Source: an uncultured Gammaproteobacteria bacterium (GTDB lineage: Bacteria > Patescibacteriota > Microgenomatia > Levybacterales > GWA1-39-11). From it: a stretch of DNA of 64,000 nucleotides. Below the pieces are notes generated by a model that saw nothing but the letters and a program-made list of their open reading frames with translations, was not told the origin of the DNA and ran no database searches. The translations under genes were made by a program, and so were the position numbers. The stretch lies in contig CAYPEN010000004.1 of the NCBI GenBank assembly GCA_964409875.1, forward strand, positions 107,784-171,783. Reading direction: 5' to 3'. This document shows positions 1-9,385 of this stretch, in pieces. How positions within the stretch are numbered: position 1 is the stretch's first letter; each line of letters starts with the position of its first letter.

Positions 1-9
1 TTTAAAAAG

Positions 10-1275
10 CTACCATTTCCAGACTACCATAACATCAGCAACATTTGATGGAAGCCTTCCGGTCATAATTGCGTCTCCTGTCAATTGGAAAAAAGGGAAA
101 CTGTCATTTCTGTCCAAGTAATCTTGTGCATTGATATTTTTTTCATTTACTTTACGTTGTGTTTCGCTATCGCAGAGTGCACCTGCAGCTTCCGAATTAT
201 CCCATCCATCCGAGTCAAAAAAAGAAAATATAGTATTGTTGGGGAGATTAAGTAAAGCGGAAAGAACAGCTTCTTGATTTCTTCCTCCTTTTCCATTCCC
301 ACCGGCCGTAACGGTTGTTTCTCCACCTGCAAGAAGCATTCCCTGTCCTTGTTGTTCATTCAAAAATTGCAGGGCTGCATCCTTGGCTTCTCCCTGAAAT
401 TTATCGCTTAGTATTCTTGTTTGAATACTGTTTTCCTCTGCCTTTGCTTTCATCGCGTTAAGAATAGTTAGGTTGGATAATACGATATGGTTTTTGACCT
501 TCTCAAAATACTTGTCATCATGAGGATTGTTGATAAATGTGTCAGGTGTAACATCGGGTATATTAAATTGCCTGACAAGCGCCATAGCATCATCAATTGT
601 GCTTTCAACTTTTACTGTGGGTCCAGATGCTATATATGTAATGTCATTTCCCGGAACATCCGAGTAAATAAGTGTTGCAACTGTAGCAGGGTACAAAATT
701 TGCGCAAATCCACCACCCTTCACATCTGATAAGTGTTGTCTTATTTTGTTCATTTCGATGATATTGGCACCCGATTTCAATAAAGCTTTTTCGATTTCAA
801 TTTTCTGTTCGATAGAAACTGTATGTGGATGTTCGAACATCGCACTTCCTCCACCACACACAACAACAAGGACCAAATCCTTATCGGTCATTTTTGAGAA
901 TCTATCCATTACATTGAAGGTGAAATCGACATTCTGCTGCGAAACAACAGGGTGTGTTCCTTCAGTAAACTTTATTGTTTTAAAATCTTCACCTTTTGTA
1001 TCAATTACATATCCCTCATTAAGTCGTTCGCCCAGAAGATCTTCCATAAGCTTGGAATTTTTTGCACTTCCTTTTCCGAATCCGACTAAGTAAACATGCT
1101 CAAAATTATTCAGATCATAGTTCTCATCAAGTATAGTAAGAACATTGTTTTGGAACTGTACTGTTTTTCTAAAATTTTCTTCAGGTTGAATTGAGGCAAG
1201 TCCTGTCTCGATTATTTCAAGCAGTGTTTTCCTTTGAGGTGTTATTGCAAGTTCATTATAGTTTTGTATTAGCAT
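10..1275 (-). CDS. glycerate kinase, MOFRL/DUF4147 family (glycerate 2-kinase-like)
   Basis: 421-aa ORF. C-terminal MOFRL signature LLAGGETTVTAGGNGKGGRNQE and central VVCGGGSA block typical of GckA/TtuD-type glycerate kinases. Confidence 0.7.
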   Translation of the reverse strand: MLIQNYNELAITPQRKTLLEIIETGLASIQPEENFRKTVQFQNNVLTILDENYDLNNFEHVYLVGFGKGSAKNSKLMEDLLGERLNEGYVIDTKGEDFKTIKFTEGTHPVVSQQNVDFTFNVMDRFSKMTDKDLVLVVVCGGGSAMFEHPHTVSIEQKIEIEKALLKSGANIIEMNKIRQHLSDVKGGGFAQILYPATVATLIYSDVPGNDITYIASGPTVKVESTIDDAMALVRQFNIPDVTPDTFINNPHDDKYFEKVKNHIVLSNLTILNAMKAKAEENSIQTRILSDKFQGEAKDAALQFLNEQQGQGMLLAGGETTVTAGGNGKGGRNQEAVLSALLNLPNNTIFSFFDSDGWDNSEAAGALCDSETQRKVNEKNINAQDYLDRNDSFPFFQLTGDAIMTGRLPSNVADVMVVWKW

Positions 1276-1325
1276 ATGGGCAGTTATTAAAGTGTAGACA
1301 GTTTCAGCCCTCTTTACAAGTCTCG

Positions 1326-1354
1326 TTGAGAAATGAGGATTGCACTGATATAAT
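1326..1354 (+). promoter_or_regulatory. sigma70-like promoter for rny: TTGAGA-17 nt-TATAAT with TG extension
   Basis: TTGAGA 1326-1331, 17-nt spacer ending TGA, TATAAT 1349-1354; about 100 nt upstream of the rny ATG. Confidence 0.5.
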
Positions 1355-1457
1355 ATGTACTATCAAAGCGGTACTCGAGGATATGATTACCAAAGTTTTT
1401 AAAAAAACTTCCTTTTGCCTCGCCTACTTAAAGTAGGAACACCCGTTTTGTCCTAAA

Positions 1458-2615
1458 ATGGACGATAAAATAAATTACCGGAAAAAATTAGAAGAAATTG
1501 CACACATAACTTCAGAGGAAGCTAAAAGGCTTCTGATAGAGGAGCTTCAAAATGATCTCAAAGCCGAAATGGCAAAGGAGATAAAGGAAGCAGAAGCCGA
1601 GGCTAAAACGGCCGCTCATAAAAAAGCACAAGAGATTTTGGCAGATGCTATAAAGCACGGTGCTTTGGATTTTCTTCCCGAATATACCCTTTCAGTGGTC
1701 AAGATAGAAGATGAGGATATGAAAGGAAGAATTATTGGGAAAGAGGGAAGAAATATTCGTGCTTTTGAGAACGCAACGGGGGTTGATGTTGACCTTGAAG
1801 AAAGAGGTATTATTCGTCTTTCCAGTTTCGACCCTGTACGGCGTGAGGTTGCTCGACGAGCGTTGGAGCTTTTAATCCGCGACACCCGCATTCAGCCGGT
1901 GAGGATTGAAGAAGTCGTTGAGCAGCAGCGACGAGAAGTAAATAAAATTCTCTTTGAGGAAGGTGAAAAACTTGCTCATGCGGTTGACGCCTACAACATA
2001 CACCCTGACCTTATCCAAATGCTTGGGCGCTTCAAATTCAGAACTTCATTCGGCCAAAATCTTGTTGTTCATACACTTGAAGAGACGAAGATTGGAATGC
2101 AGATTGCTCATGAAATCGGTGCAAATGTTGAAACAGTAAAGCTTGGTTGTCTATTCCACGATATTGGAAAGATAGTAACTGAAAAAGAGGGAAGCCATGT
2201 AGATCTTGGTGTTGAGCTTCTCAATAAATACAAGATGCCACGTGAGATAGTCAATTGTGTAGCAGAGCATCATGAAGATAAGCCTTTCTCATCCATAGAA
2301 TCAATGATTGTCAGTACTGCTGATGCAATTTCAGGTGCAAGGCCTGGCGCACGGCACGAAGATCTTCAGGATTACATGAAGCGGCTGAGGGATATGGAAG
2401 AAATCGCAAAGCATTACGATGGTGTTGAGGATGCTTACGCATTTGAGGCTGGACGGGAAATAAGAGTTGTCGTAAATCCCGGAAAGCTCGATGATGTTGA
2501 GACTACGATTTTGGCTCGCAAGATTAAGGAAGAGATTGATAGGAAAGTTATTGTCCCAGGAGTAGTCCGTGTTACCGTTATCCGCGAATTCCGTGTCACA
2601 GAGCCTAAAGAATAA
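1458..2615 (+). CDS. rny: ribonuclease Y (KH + HD domain endoribonuclease), short form without N-terminal membrane anchor
   Basis: KH motif KGRIIGKEGRNIRAFENATGVDV, HD motif LFHDIGK...HHE; 385 aa. Confidence 0.85.
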   Translation: MDDKINYRKKLEEIAHITSEEAKRLLIEELQNDLKAEMAKEIKEAEAEAKTAAHKKAQEILADAIKHGALDFLPEYTLSVVKIEDEDMKGRIIGKEGRNIRAFENATGVDVDLEERGIIRLSSFDPVRREVARRALELLIRDTRIQPVRIEEVVEQQRREVNKILFEEGEKLAHAVDAYNIHPDLIQMLGRFKFRTSFGQNLVVHTLEETKIGMQIAHEIGANVETVKLGCLFHDIGKIVTEKEGSHVDLGVELLNKYKMPREIVNCVAEHHEDKPFSSIESMIVSTADAISGARPGARHEDLQDYMKRLRDMEEIAKHYDGVEDAYAFEAGREIRVVVNPGKLDDVETTILARKIKEEIDRKVIVPGVVRVTVIREFRVTEPKE

Positions 2616-2693
2616 TTCTCCGATTTTAGTACTGAAACTATCCATAGTGATTGTTGGACATCCCCCCTATCGACCCTGAATAAAATCGAAGGG

Positions 2694-2722
2694 TTGACAA
2701 AGCCGTGCAGAGTTTGTATTGT
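2694..2722 (+). promoter_or_regulatory. sigma70-like promoter for hup: TTGACA-17 nt-TATTGT
   Basis: TTGACA 2694-2699, TATTGT 2717-2722, followed by strong SD AAGGGGGTGA before the ATG at 2759. Confidence 0.45.
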
Positions 2723-2758
2723 TAAATCAACACAAATAAAAAAAGGGGGTGAAATCGC

Positions 2759-3037
2759 ATGTCCGTTACAAAGAAAGAGCTTATTGAGCTTGTCGCAAAA
2801 AAAGGTAATCTTACCAACAAAGCTGCAAAAGAATCTGTAAAAGTTTTTTTGAATGGAATTCGTGATTCACTCAAAAGGGGAGAGAAAGTTGTCATAACTG
2901 GATTTGGTACATTTTCCGTCAGGACCCGCAAGGCAAGAAAGGGACGAAATCCCAAGACCGGTGCAGCAATCACAATTTCAGCAAGAAAAGCACCGGGATT
3001 CACACCGGGTAAAAGTCTTAAAAAAGCAATCAAGTAA
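2759..3037 (+). CDS. hup: DNA-binding protein HU
   Basis: 92 aa; HU/IHF fold motifs GFGTFSVR.R.ARKGRNPKTG; strong SD. Confidence 0.9.
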   Translation: MSVTKKELIELVAKKGNLTNKAAKESVKVFLNGIRDSLKRGEKVVITGFGTFSVRTRKARKGRNPKTGAAITISARKAPGFTPGKSLKKAIK

Positions 3038-3059
3038 GTTCCACTTGGTTATGGTATGC

Positions 3060-3093
3060 GGAAGTTTTTAAAAAACTTCCTTAAAAGAGGAAG
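3060..3093 (+). repeat. A/T palindrome GGAAGTTTTTAAAAAACTTCC followed by overlapping alternative hairpin CTTCC-N8-GGAAG; related copy at 1393-1412
   Basis: 21-nt perfect palindrome 3060-3080; the CTTCC arm can also pair with GGAAG at 3089-3093; AAGTTTTTAAAAAAACTTCC recurs upstream of rny. Confidence 0.4.
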
Positions 3094-3177
3094 TGAACCT
3101 TGGCTCCACTCCCATTCGGTCGCTACGCTAGAGTGACGCTTGTAGAAAGTAGTAAGGAAAACAAGTACAATACGCTC

Positions 3178-4143
3178 ATGCAAAAAATTGTTTGTATTGT
3201 GGGGCCTACGGCTGTTGGCAAAACAGCTCTATCACTAGAAATTGCCCGCAAATTCAATGGTGCGCTTATAAGTGCCGACTCTGTCCAAGTTTTTAAAGGG
3301 CTGGATATCATTTCCGGGAAAGACATTCCGAAACGAACTACCTTTAACGTTCTGCCTGAATTATCAAAAAATGGATTTCACACAGGCTACTATTCTCATC
3401 ACAATATCCCTATTTTTCTACTGGATGTTGTAGGTCCTACCTCTTCATTTTCCGTTTCTCACTTTCATAAATTAGCATCAGAGGTGATTCAATATATTAA
3501 AGAAAATGATAAGTTGCCAATTGTAGTTGGCGGAACCGGTTTGTATATAGATTCTCTTTTAAATCAAATTGGAACCTCAGAAATCGAACCCAATTTGGAA
3601 TTGAGAAAAAAACTTGAACAGTTACCCGTTTCTTCCCTAAGGGATAAGTTAAAAAAAAATAATGAAAAAAAATTTAACTCAATGAATGAATCCGATGCCA
3701 ATAATCCTAGAAGATTGATAAGAGCAATAGAAATAGCGGGTAAAAGCAAATTTACGCTTAGCAATAATAAAAACCCTTATGAAAGTTTAGCTATTGGTTT
3801 AATGTGTGATCGAGCAGTTCTAAAACAAAGAATAGATGCAAGAGTACAAGACAGATTGGAAAATGGCGCTTTGAATGAGGCGAAAAAACTTTTTGAAAAT
3901 TATGAAAATCTAACCCAGCAGGTGCAGGATGCGAATGGCTACAAGCAGTTGTTTGCATATCTTAAAAACGAAATTAGTTGGGACGAAGCAATTTATAGAT
4001 GGAAAATTTCGGAGTACCGTCATGCAAAAAACCAGATGACGTGGTTTAAAAAATATGGAAATGTAGCGTGGTTTGATATTACAAAAAAAGGTTATAACAA
4101 AGAAATAGAAGAAGAAGTAAATAAATTTATCATAGGTAAATAG
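3178..4143 (+). CDS. miaA: tRNA dimethylallyltransferase MiaA
   Basis: P-loop VGPTAVGKTALS right after the start; conserved ISADSVQVFKGLDIISGK block. An alternative TTG start at 3100 is preceded by a GAGGAAG SD. Confidence 0.85.
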   Translation: MQKIVCIVGPTAVGKTALSLEIARKFNGALISADSVQVFKGLDIISGKDIPKRTTFNVLPELSKNGFHTGYYSHHNIPIFLLDVVGPTSSFSVSHFHKLASEVIQYIKENDKLPIVVGGTGLYIDSLLNQIGTSEIEPNLELRKKLEQLPVSSLRDKLKKNNEKKFNSMNESDANNPRRLIRAIEIAGKSKFTLSNNKNPYESLAIGLMCDRAVLKQRIDARVQDRLENGALNEAKKLFENYENLTQQVQDANGYKQLFAYLKNEISWDEAIYRWKISEYRHAKNQMTWFKKYGNVAWFDITKKGYNKEIEEEVNKFIIGK

Positions 4144-4161
4144 TTTTGCTATCTTTATAAA

Positions 4162-4533
4162 TAAACCTTAGGAAGATAGTAAGCCAGATTCTGTTTCTGC
4201 GAAGCATAGTCTGTCTTTGGTCTCCTTTCGGAGCCCTAAGCCATTTCTGTTTCAAACTGTCATCTATCTAGTGCTCTCAAACCTCGGTGTATTAGATAAC
4301 GCGTCACACCGATCGGAGATTGCAGCAGGTGGGATTGCCCGTTTCACTCTCACTCGTCTCTGTTGCTCTCAGGTTTTGTTAATTCAAAACCTGTCTGGAT
4401 TTGCACATGTGAGTAAACAAATCCATCACCAGCGCTTTCACGTCGGAACTTACGTTCCATCCCCGGCGTTAAACCTGTCTGGACTTTCCTCCATCCCGCT
4501 GAGCGGGACAGCGACAGTTCTTCTTCCTAAGGC
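4162..4533 (-). ncRNA. rnpB: RNase P RNA (bacterial rnpB)
   Basis: Minus-strand RNA contains GGAGGAAAGUCCAGACAGG (P4 region; plus 4474-4492), UUUAACGCCGGGG, GAGUGAAACGGGCA and ACAGAAAUGGCUUAGG blocks matching universally conserved RNase P RNA regions. An 11-bp terminal P1 helix is formed by plus-strand 4522-4532 (tcttcctaagg) and 4166-4176 (ccttaggaaga). Length about 370 nt. Overlaps only a spurious 115-aa ORF. Confidence 0.78.
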
Positions 4534-4539
4534 ATGGTT

Positions 4540-4568
4540 ATTATACCATTGTAAGGAAGTATAAACAA
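4540..4568 (-). promoter_or_regulatory. sigma70-like promoter for rnpB: TTGTTT-17 nt-TATAAT on the minus strand
   Basis: Reverse complement of 4540-4568 reads TTGTTT-atacttccttacaatgg-TATAAT; predicted start about 7 nt downstream coincides with the 5' strand of P1. Confidence 0.5.
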
Positions 4569-4622
4569 CCTATAGTAGATTAGTAGAAATGGAGTAGGAC
4601 AATTTTTACATTACAAAAAGCG

Positions 4623-7577
4623 TTAAGAAGCAACGCTGCATAACATCTTATATTCACAAGCTCCACAAAGAATATTTTTGTTGCAGGCAAAGTTACTCAT
4701 TTCAATTTCTTCCACCTTTTTCATGATTCGTTCTTCTAGCCCTGAAAGATCATCTTGAGTTACTGTTTCAGTCCATTTTTCGCCGGATTCTATATAAAAA
4801 AGGGTAAGTTTTATTTTACTCAAATCCTTTTTAAATACAGGATTATTTATTTTTGTTGCCGCAAGGGCATAAAGACATAGTTGAAATTTGTAGGACGATT
4901 TTTGATTGGAATTTATAGCGCCTGTTTTGTAATCCATTATTTCAATGCTTCCATCCGGTAGAGCATCTACTCTATCCATAGTACCGATTACTCTTATTCC
5001 ATTTTTGAGATGGAAAGTAAATGGTAATTCTATTTCGAGCGGCACATGCTTTGGATCAAAATGTTTCTTGAAGTAATCCTTCAAAATTTTTTCCGCACGT
5101 CTTCGAGCTTCTTTTTCATGCCCTTTATCATGATATCCTTCAGATGACCAACTCTCATCTAGCAGTTTCAATAAATCTTCAACAGATAGTTTTGCATTTT
5201 TCTTTGTATTGTTCTTTTGCACAAGTTTATAAAAATTACTTAATGTTTTATGAAGAGTAATTCCAAATATCTGTGCGCTCGAAGGAGCTGTAGGGATACC
5301 TAATATATATCTGGCTTTATAATGCAGTGGGCAAATATCAAATGCCTGCATTTGAGAATATGATATCGACTTAATACTAGGTCTTATAGCTGACTCCGAG
5401 ATTTCTTCCGTCTTTTTAAATTCCTCTGCAAGTTCCAATAAAGTGAGTTGATGGGATGGTGCTTCTTCAGGTGATTTGATAACTAAATTCGGTAATGCTT
5501 CAAATACAAATGGTGACAGTTTTTTCTCCCGTTTTCCTTCTCCATAAAATTTTGCTCCAGTAATAAAGAGTCTGTCTTTCGCTCTCGTCATTGCTACGTA
5601 GAAAAGTCGGCGTTCCTCCTGCAGATGATAATTTGGAGGTATAATATCAATTTCGTTTTTTTCTGTTTTTGTCTTAAGTGCACTCTCTGTTTTTAAAAGT
5701 TGTGTTGGCACTGGAATTTTTTCCCGGCGTTCACGGCCTGGAAATCGGTCATTTACAACATTTACAATAAAAACAACAGGAAACTCTAGTCCTTTACTTG
5801 AATGGACAGTTAAGATATTGACTGCATTAAAATCCTTCACATCTATGTCCGATACAGTTGGGCTTTCACCTATTTGTGACATAAGATCAATCCATTCAAC
5901 AACTGCATACACTCCTGCATTCTCTTCTTGGTATTCAAAAGTTTTTAGTCTATCAAAAAACTTTGCAATATTTAATGCTTTTCTTTCATCTTTTTGGGTA
6001 TGAAAGTTGAGAAGTTTTTGATAGAGTCCTGTGTCTTCTAAAAAATAATAGAGTATTTGTCCTGCAGAATTTCTCTTAATAAGTTCCAAGTGCCCTACAA
6101 TTGTTTTATAAATCATTTTTATTGTCTCTTTTGCTTTTTCCGATACATACGTTTCATCCATAAAGCTAAGTGCTTCAAAAAGAGTCAAATTTTTTCGTTT
6201 GGAAAGGTTGAGAAGATAATTTAAATCCCGCTCGGCAATATCGAATTCATCGATTGATAATACTCTGAAAAGTGAAACGGTATCTGTAAGATCTGCAAGT
6301 ACCTTTAGATACGCAATCAAATCCTTCACTTCATCTTGATGAAAAAGCTGACCCGGACCCAAGAACTGAAATGGAATCCTTCTCCTTTGAAGGTATGAGG
6401 AAATTGGGTGAGCATGGTTGTTGGCCCTTACTAATATGGCAATATCCCGATATGTGTATTCTTTGCTGTCGACTAACTCTTCAATTTTTTGGCCAATTCT
6501 CTCAGCTTCTTCATCAAGTCTATTCTCAAAAAAAACTTCTATCGGTTTTCTTTTGATATTCCTTTGTGATGTTAGTTTTTTTGAAATATTTTCAGCAATT
6601 TCAAGCCTGTTAGGATTGTTATGTTGAATCATTTCATAGGAACTATCAAGAATTGCTTGAGTAGAGCGATAATTTTTTGTCAGCGTTATAATTTTTGCTT
6701 TATCAAAATTTTGTTTGAATTGCATGACATTGGATAGAGCAGCACCTCGCCATCGGTAGATAGCTTGATCATCGTCAGCAACAACAGTTATATTCTTCTT
6801 ATCTCCTGCTAGCATAATTGCTAATTCATTTTGTGCATAGTTGGTATCCTGAAATTCATCAACCAAAATGAATTTAAATTTATTCTGGTATTTTTCAAGG
6901 ATATTGGGACGGGTTCTAAAAAGCAAAAGCGTATTTGTTATGAGATCGGAAAAATTCATAACACCCTCAACTGTTTTTATTTTTTCAAATTCAGCATATG
7001 TAAGAGACAATTCCTTTAATTGTTCATGTGACAAAACTTCATCATCAACGCTTGCTCCGTCTTTTAGTGAACTCACAAATTTTTTATATTCTTCAGGCGT
7101 TATATCTTCATCTTTCAGACGTGAGAAATGATTAAGAAGCGCCTCCATAAATTTAGTAGGATTGCCGAGGGGGCGATAATAATTGAGATTTAATTTGAAA
7201 AGACTATTTCTTAAAAGTAAAATACTTTCAGCTTCTGATACGAGTCGATATGACGGTGTAAGCCCAATATTAAGAGCTTCTTGTTTTAATATCGTATCGC
7301 AAAAAGAATGAAATGTTGATATCCACATTTCCGTATAACCATAAGGCATTAATTTATCAACTCTTTCTTCCATCTCTTTTGCCGCTTTTTCTGTGAAGGT
7401 GAGCGCCAAAATTTCGTCAGGCTTAATACCTTTTTGTGTAATGAGAAAACGTATTCTTTCGGTAATAACAGTCGTTTTACCCGTTCCCGCACCTGCTACG
7501 ATTAAAAGGGGGCCTTGCCCATGTTCTACTGCTAATTTTTGTTCCGGATTTAATTTTCTGTCCAAATGTGCCATCAT
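4623..7577 (-). CDS. UvrD/PcrA-family ATP-dependent DNA helicase fused to C-terminal RecB/Cas4-like PD-(D/E)XK nuclease with four-Cys cluster
   Basis: Walker A GAGTGKTTV, motif II VDEFQDTN; C-terminus has DYKTG nuclease motif plus Cys at DICPLHY and CNKNILCGACEY (FeS-type Cas4/AddB-like arrangement); 984 aa. Confidence 0.8.
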   Translation of the reverse strand: MMAHLDRKLNPEQKLAVEHGQGPLLIVAGAGTGKTTVITERIRFLITQKGIKPDEILALTFTEKAAKEMEERVDKLMPYGYTEMWISTFHSFCDTILKQEALNIGLTPSYRLVSEAESILLLRNSLFKLNLNYYRPLGNPTKFMEALLNHFSRLKDEDITPEEYKKFVSSLKDGASVDDEVLSHEQLKELSLTYAEFEKIKTVEGVMNFSDLITNTLLLFRTRPNILEKYQNKFKFILVDEFQDTNYAQNELAIMLAGDKKNITVVADDDQAIYRWRGAALSNVMQFKQNFDKAKIITLTKNYRSTQAILDSSYEMIQHNNPNRLEIAENISKKLTSQRNIKRKPIEVFFENRLDEEAERIGQKIEELVDSKEYTYRDIAILVRANNHAHPISSYLQRRRIPFQFLGPGQLFHQDEVKDLIAYLKVLADLTDTVSLFRVLSIDEFDIAERDLNYLLNLSKRKNLTLFEALSFMDETYVSEKAKETIKMIYKTIVGHLELIKRNSAGQILYYFLEDTGLYQKLLNFHTQKDERKALNIAKFFDRLKTFEYQEENAGVYAVVEWIDLMSQIGESPTVSDIDVKDFNAVNILTVHSSKGLEFPVVFIVNVVNDRFPGRERREKIPVPTQLLKTESALKTKTEKNEIDIIPPNYHLQEERRLFYVAMTRAKDRLFITGAKFYGEGKREKKLSPFVFEALPNLVIKSPEEAPSHQLTLLELAEEFKKTEEISESAIRPSIKSISYSQMQAFDICPLHYKARYILGIPTAPSSAQIFGITLHKTLSNFYKLVQKNNTKKNAKLSVEDLLKLLDESWSSEGYHDKGHEKEARRRAEKILKDYFKKHFDPKHVPLEIELPFTFHLKNGIRVIGTMDRVDALPDGSIEIMDYKTGAINSNQKSSYKFQLCLYALAATKINNPVFKKDLSKIKLTLFYIESGEKWTETVTQDDLSGLEERIMKKVEEIEMSNFACNKNILCGACEYKMLCSVAS

Positions 7578-7630
7578 TGTACCATATTTTAAGCTTGAAA
7601 TTTGAGCTCAAATAGTGTTTAATTAGTATC

Positions 7631-8368
7631 ATGTCCGACAATGAAACTCCATTTTTTCTTCCCTTCGACCATAAAGAACAACTAACAAAAGACACTTATA
7701 CTTTTTATTTCAAAAGAAACGGCCAGGAACGTGATTTTGTTCCGGGACAATATTATGAAATCAAACTTGATATTAAAAATCCTGACGAGCGGGGAGATAG
7801 TAGGGTGTTTACGATTTCATCCTCACCTACTAATACTGAATTTATTACCATTACAACGCGTATTATCCAAAGCAGTTTTAAGCTCCGATTAAACGAAATA
7901 CAACCAGCAGAAATGGTTCAGTTTAATGGACCATGGGATGATTTAAATTTTGATGAGAAAGATACGTCTCCGCATGTTTTTCTTGCAGGTGGAATTGGGA
8001 TTACACCATACCATTCGATTGTCAGTTATTGTATGGACAAAAATATTAAGACACCTATGATTTTGTTTGTCAGTTGGAAAAATAGGGACGAGATGGTGTT
8101 TGATGAATTTTTCAGAAATGCCAACAACCATCATGAAAATTTCTCATACGTTCCAACATTAACAGAGGAAGAGCTAAATCCAGGAGAATGGGATGGGGAG
8201 ATGGGAAGAATAAATTCAGAGATGATAGCAAAATATGTTTCTGATATTGCTAACAGCAAGTATTTCTTCTCAGGGCCTCCTGCAATGGTAAAAGCCTTGA
8301 AAGAAACAGTTGAGGAAATGGGTGTTCCGAAAGAAAAAATCATCGCTGAAGAGTTTGAAGGATACTAA
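7631..8368 (+). CDS. FNR-like FAD/NAD(P)-binding oxidoreductase
   Basis: FAD motif RVFTISSSP (RxYS-type) and NAD(P) motif FLAGGIGITP. Confidence 0.6.
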   Translation: MSDNETPFFLPFDHKEQLTKDTYTFYFKRNGQERDFVPGQYYEIKLDIKNPDERGDSRVFTISSSPTNTEFITITTRIIQSSFKLRLNEIQPAEMVQFNGPWDDLNFDEKDTSPHVFLAGGIGITPYHSIVSYCMDKNIKTPMILFVSWKNRDEMVFDEFFRNANNHHENFSYVPTLTEEELNPGEWDGEMGRINSEMIAKYVSDIANSKYFFSGPPAMVKALKETVEEMGVPKEKIIAEEFEGY

Positions 8369-9381
8369 ATAAGTTTTTTTGTTTCAGAATCGTCAGCTGC
8401 TCCCAAAGTGTTTGTTGTTTCTATTTGTTGCCCGAGTTTTGAAAATCCTTGATTAACTTGCGCCATCATATTGTACGAGTTATTTATGTGTCGTTGAAGG
8501 GTATCTAGAGTTTCACCTACTTTTGCATACTCTTTTTGAATAGAACGAAGGTTTGACAAAATTTTATGCGCTTGTTGGGAGATTTTTTGCCCTTCAAATC
8601 CAATCAGAATTGAGCGTAAAAATGCATAAAAAGTCATAGGACTGACCGGCAATACGCGTTTTTTTGACGAGTAATCATAAAGAGCTGGGTTATTTACAAT
8701 TTCGTAGTATACAGATTCTGATGGAATATACATAAGAGCAAAATCTATAGTTCCTTCGTGCGTTAAAATATACTTTGAAGAAATTGCGTCGATATGCTTT
8801 TTGACATCATTCACAAATTCTTTTTCAACCAGTTTTTTTTCTTTTTCTTCAATATCGGAATTTAATTTTCTGAAATTTTCCATAGGAAATTTACTGTCAA
8901 TTGGTATAATTCCCGCTTCGGTCTTGATGGCAGCATCGACAATGCTTCCCGATTTGAAAGTGTATTGTAAATGAAAACTTTGTTTTGGTAGCATTTGGGA
9001 GAGAAGTTCTTTTAGGACTTGTTCTCCGATATTTCCCCTCAATTTTGGGGATTGCAAAAATTCTTGAAGACTCTTCATATTGCGTCCAATTTCAGACATT
9101 TCTCCAATATTTTTCTGGACACCTGAAATAACTTCTGCTGCTTTATCCAACCGTTGGTTGAGTTGATGGGTATTTTCTTGGAGTGTGCGGTTGACAGTTT
9201 GGTTATTCATTTCTAATGTCTTTTGCATGGATTTCAACCATTCAACAAGAGTAGCATCTGAATTTGAGTTGTGTTTGCGATTGATAAAAAAGATGACAAG
9301 CCCAAAACCGAGGACAATAAGGATTGATATTACGAGCAGGTCAATATTCACGTTGAGCAATATTTTATCATATAATATCAA
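8365..9381 (-). CDS. rmuC: DNA recombination protein RmuC
   Basis: N-terminal TM, long coiled coil, RmuC core FALMYIPSESVYYE; 338 aa. Confidence 0.7.
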   Translation of the reverse strand: MILYDKILLNVNIDLLVISILIVLGFGLVIFFINRKHNSNSDATLVEWLKSMQKTLEMNNQTVNRTLQENTHQLNQRLDKAAEVISGVQKNIGEMSEIGRNMKSLQEFLQSPKLRGNIGEQVLKELLSQMLPKQSFHLQYTFKSGSIVDAAIKTEAGIIPIDSKFPMENFRKLNSDIEEKEKKLVEKEFVNDVKKHIDAISSKYILTHEGTIDFALMYIPSESVYYEIVNNPALYDYSSKKRVLPVSPMTFYAFLRSILIGFEGQKISQQAHKILSNLRSIQKEYAKVGETLDTLQRHINNSYNMMAQVNQGFSKLGQQIETTNTLGAADDSETKKLI

Positions 9382-9385
9382 TCGT

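Noticed and set aside
4217-4564. 115-aa ORF on the plus strand
   Set aside because: Lies entirely inside the RNase P RNA gene (minus strand), has no SD, and its sequence is structured RNA; treated as spurious
9185-9385. N-terminal two-thirds of the 140-aa ORF 9185..9607
   Set aside because: This part is antisense to the rmuC 5' region; only the portion from ATG 9386 lies in the intergenic gap and was kept as a low-confidence small gene
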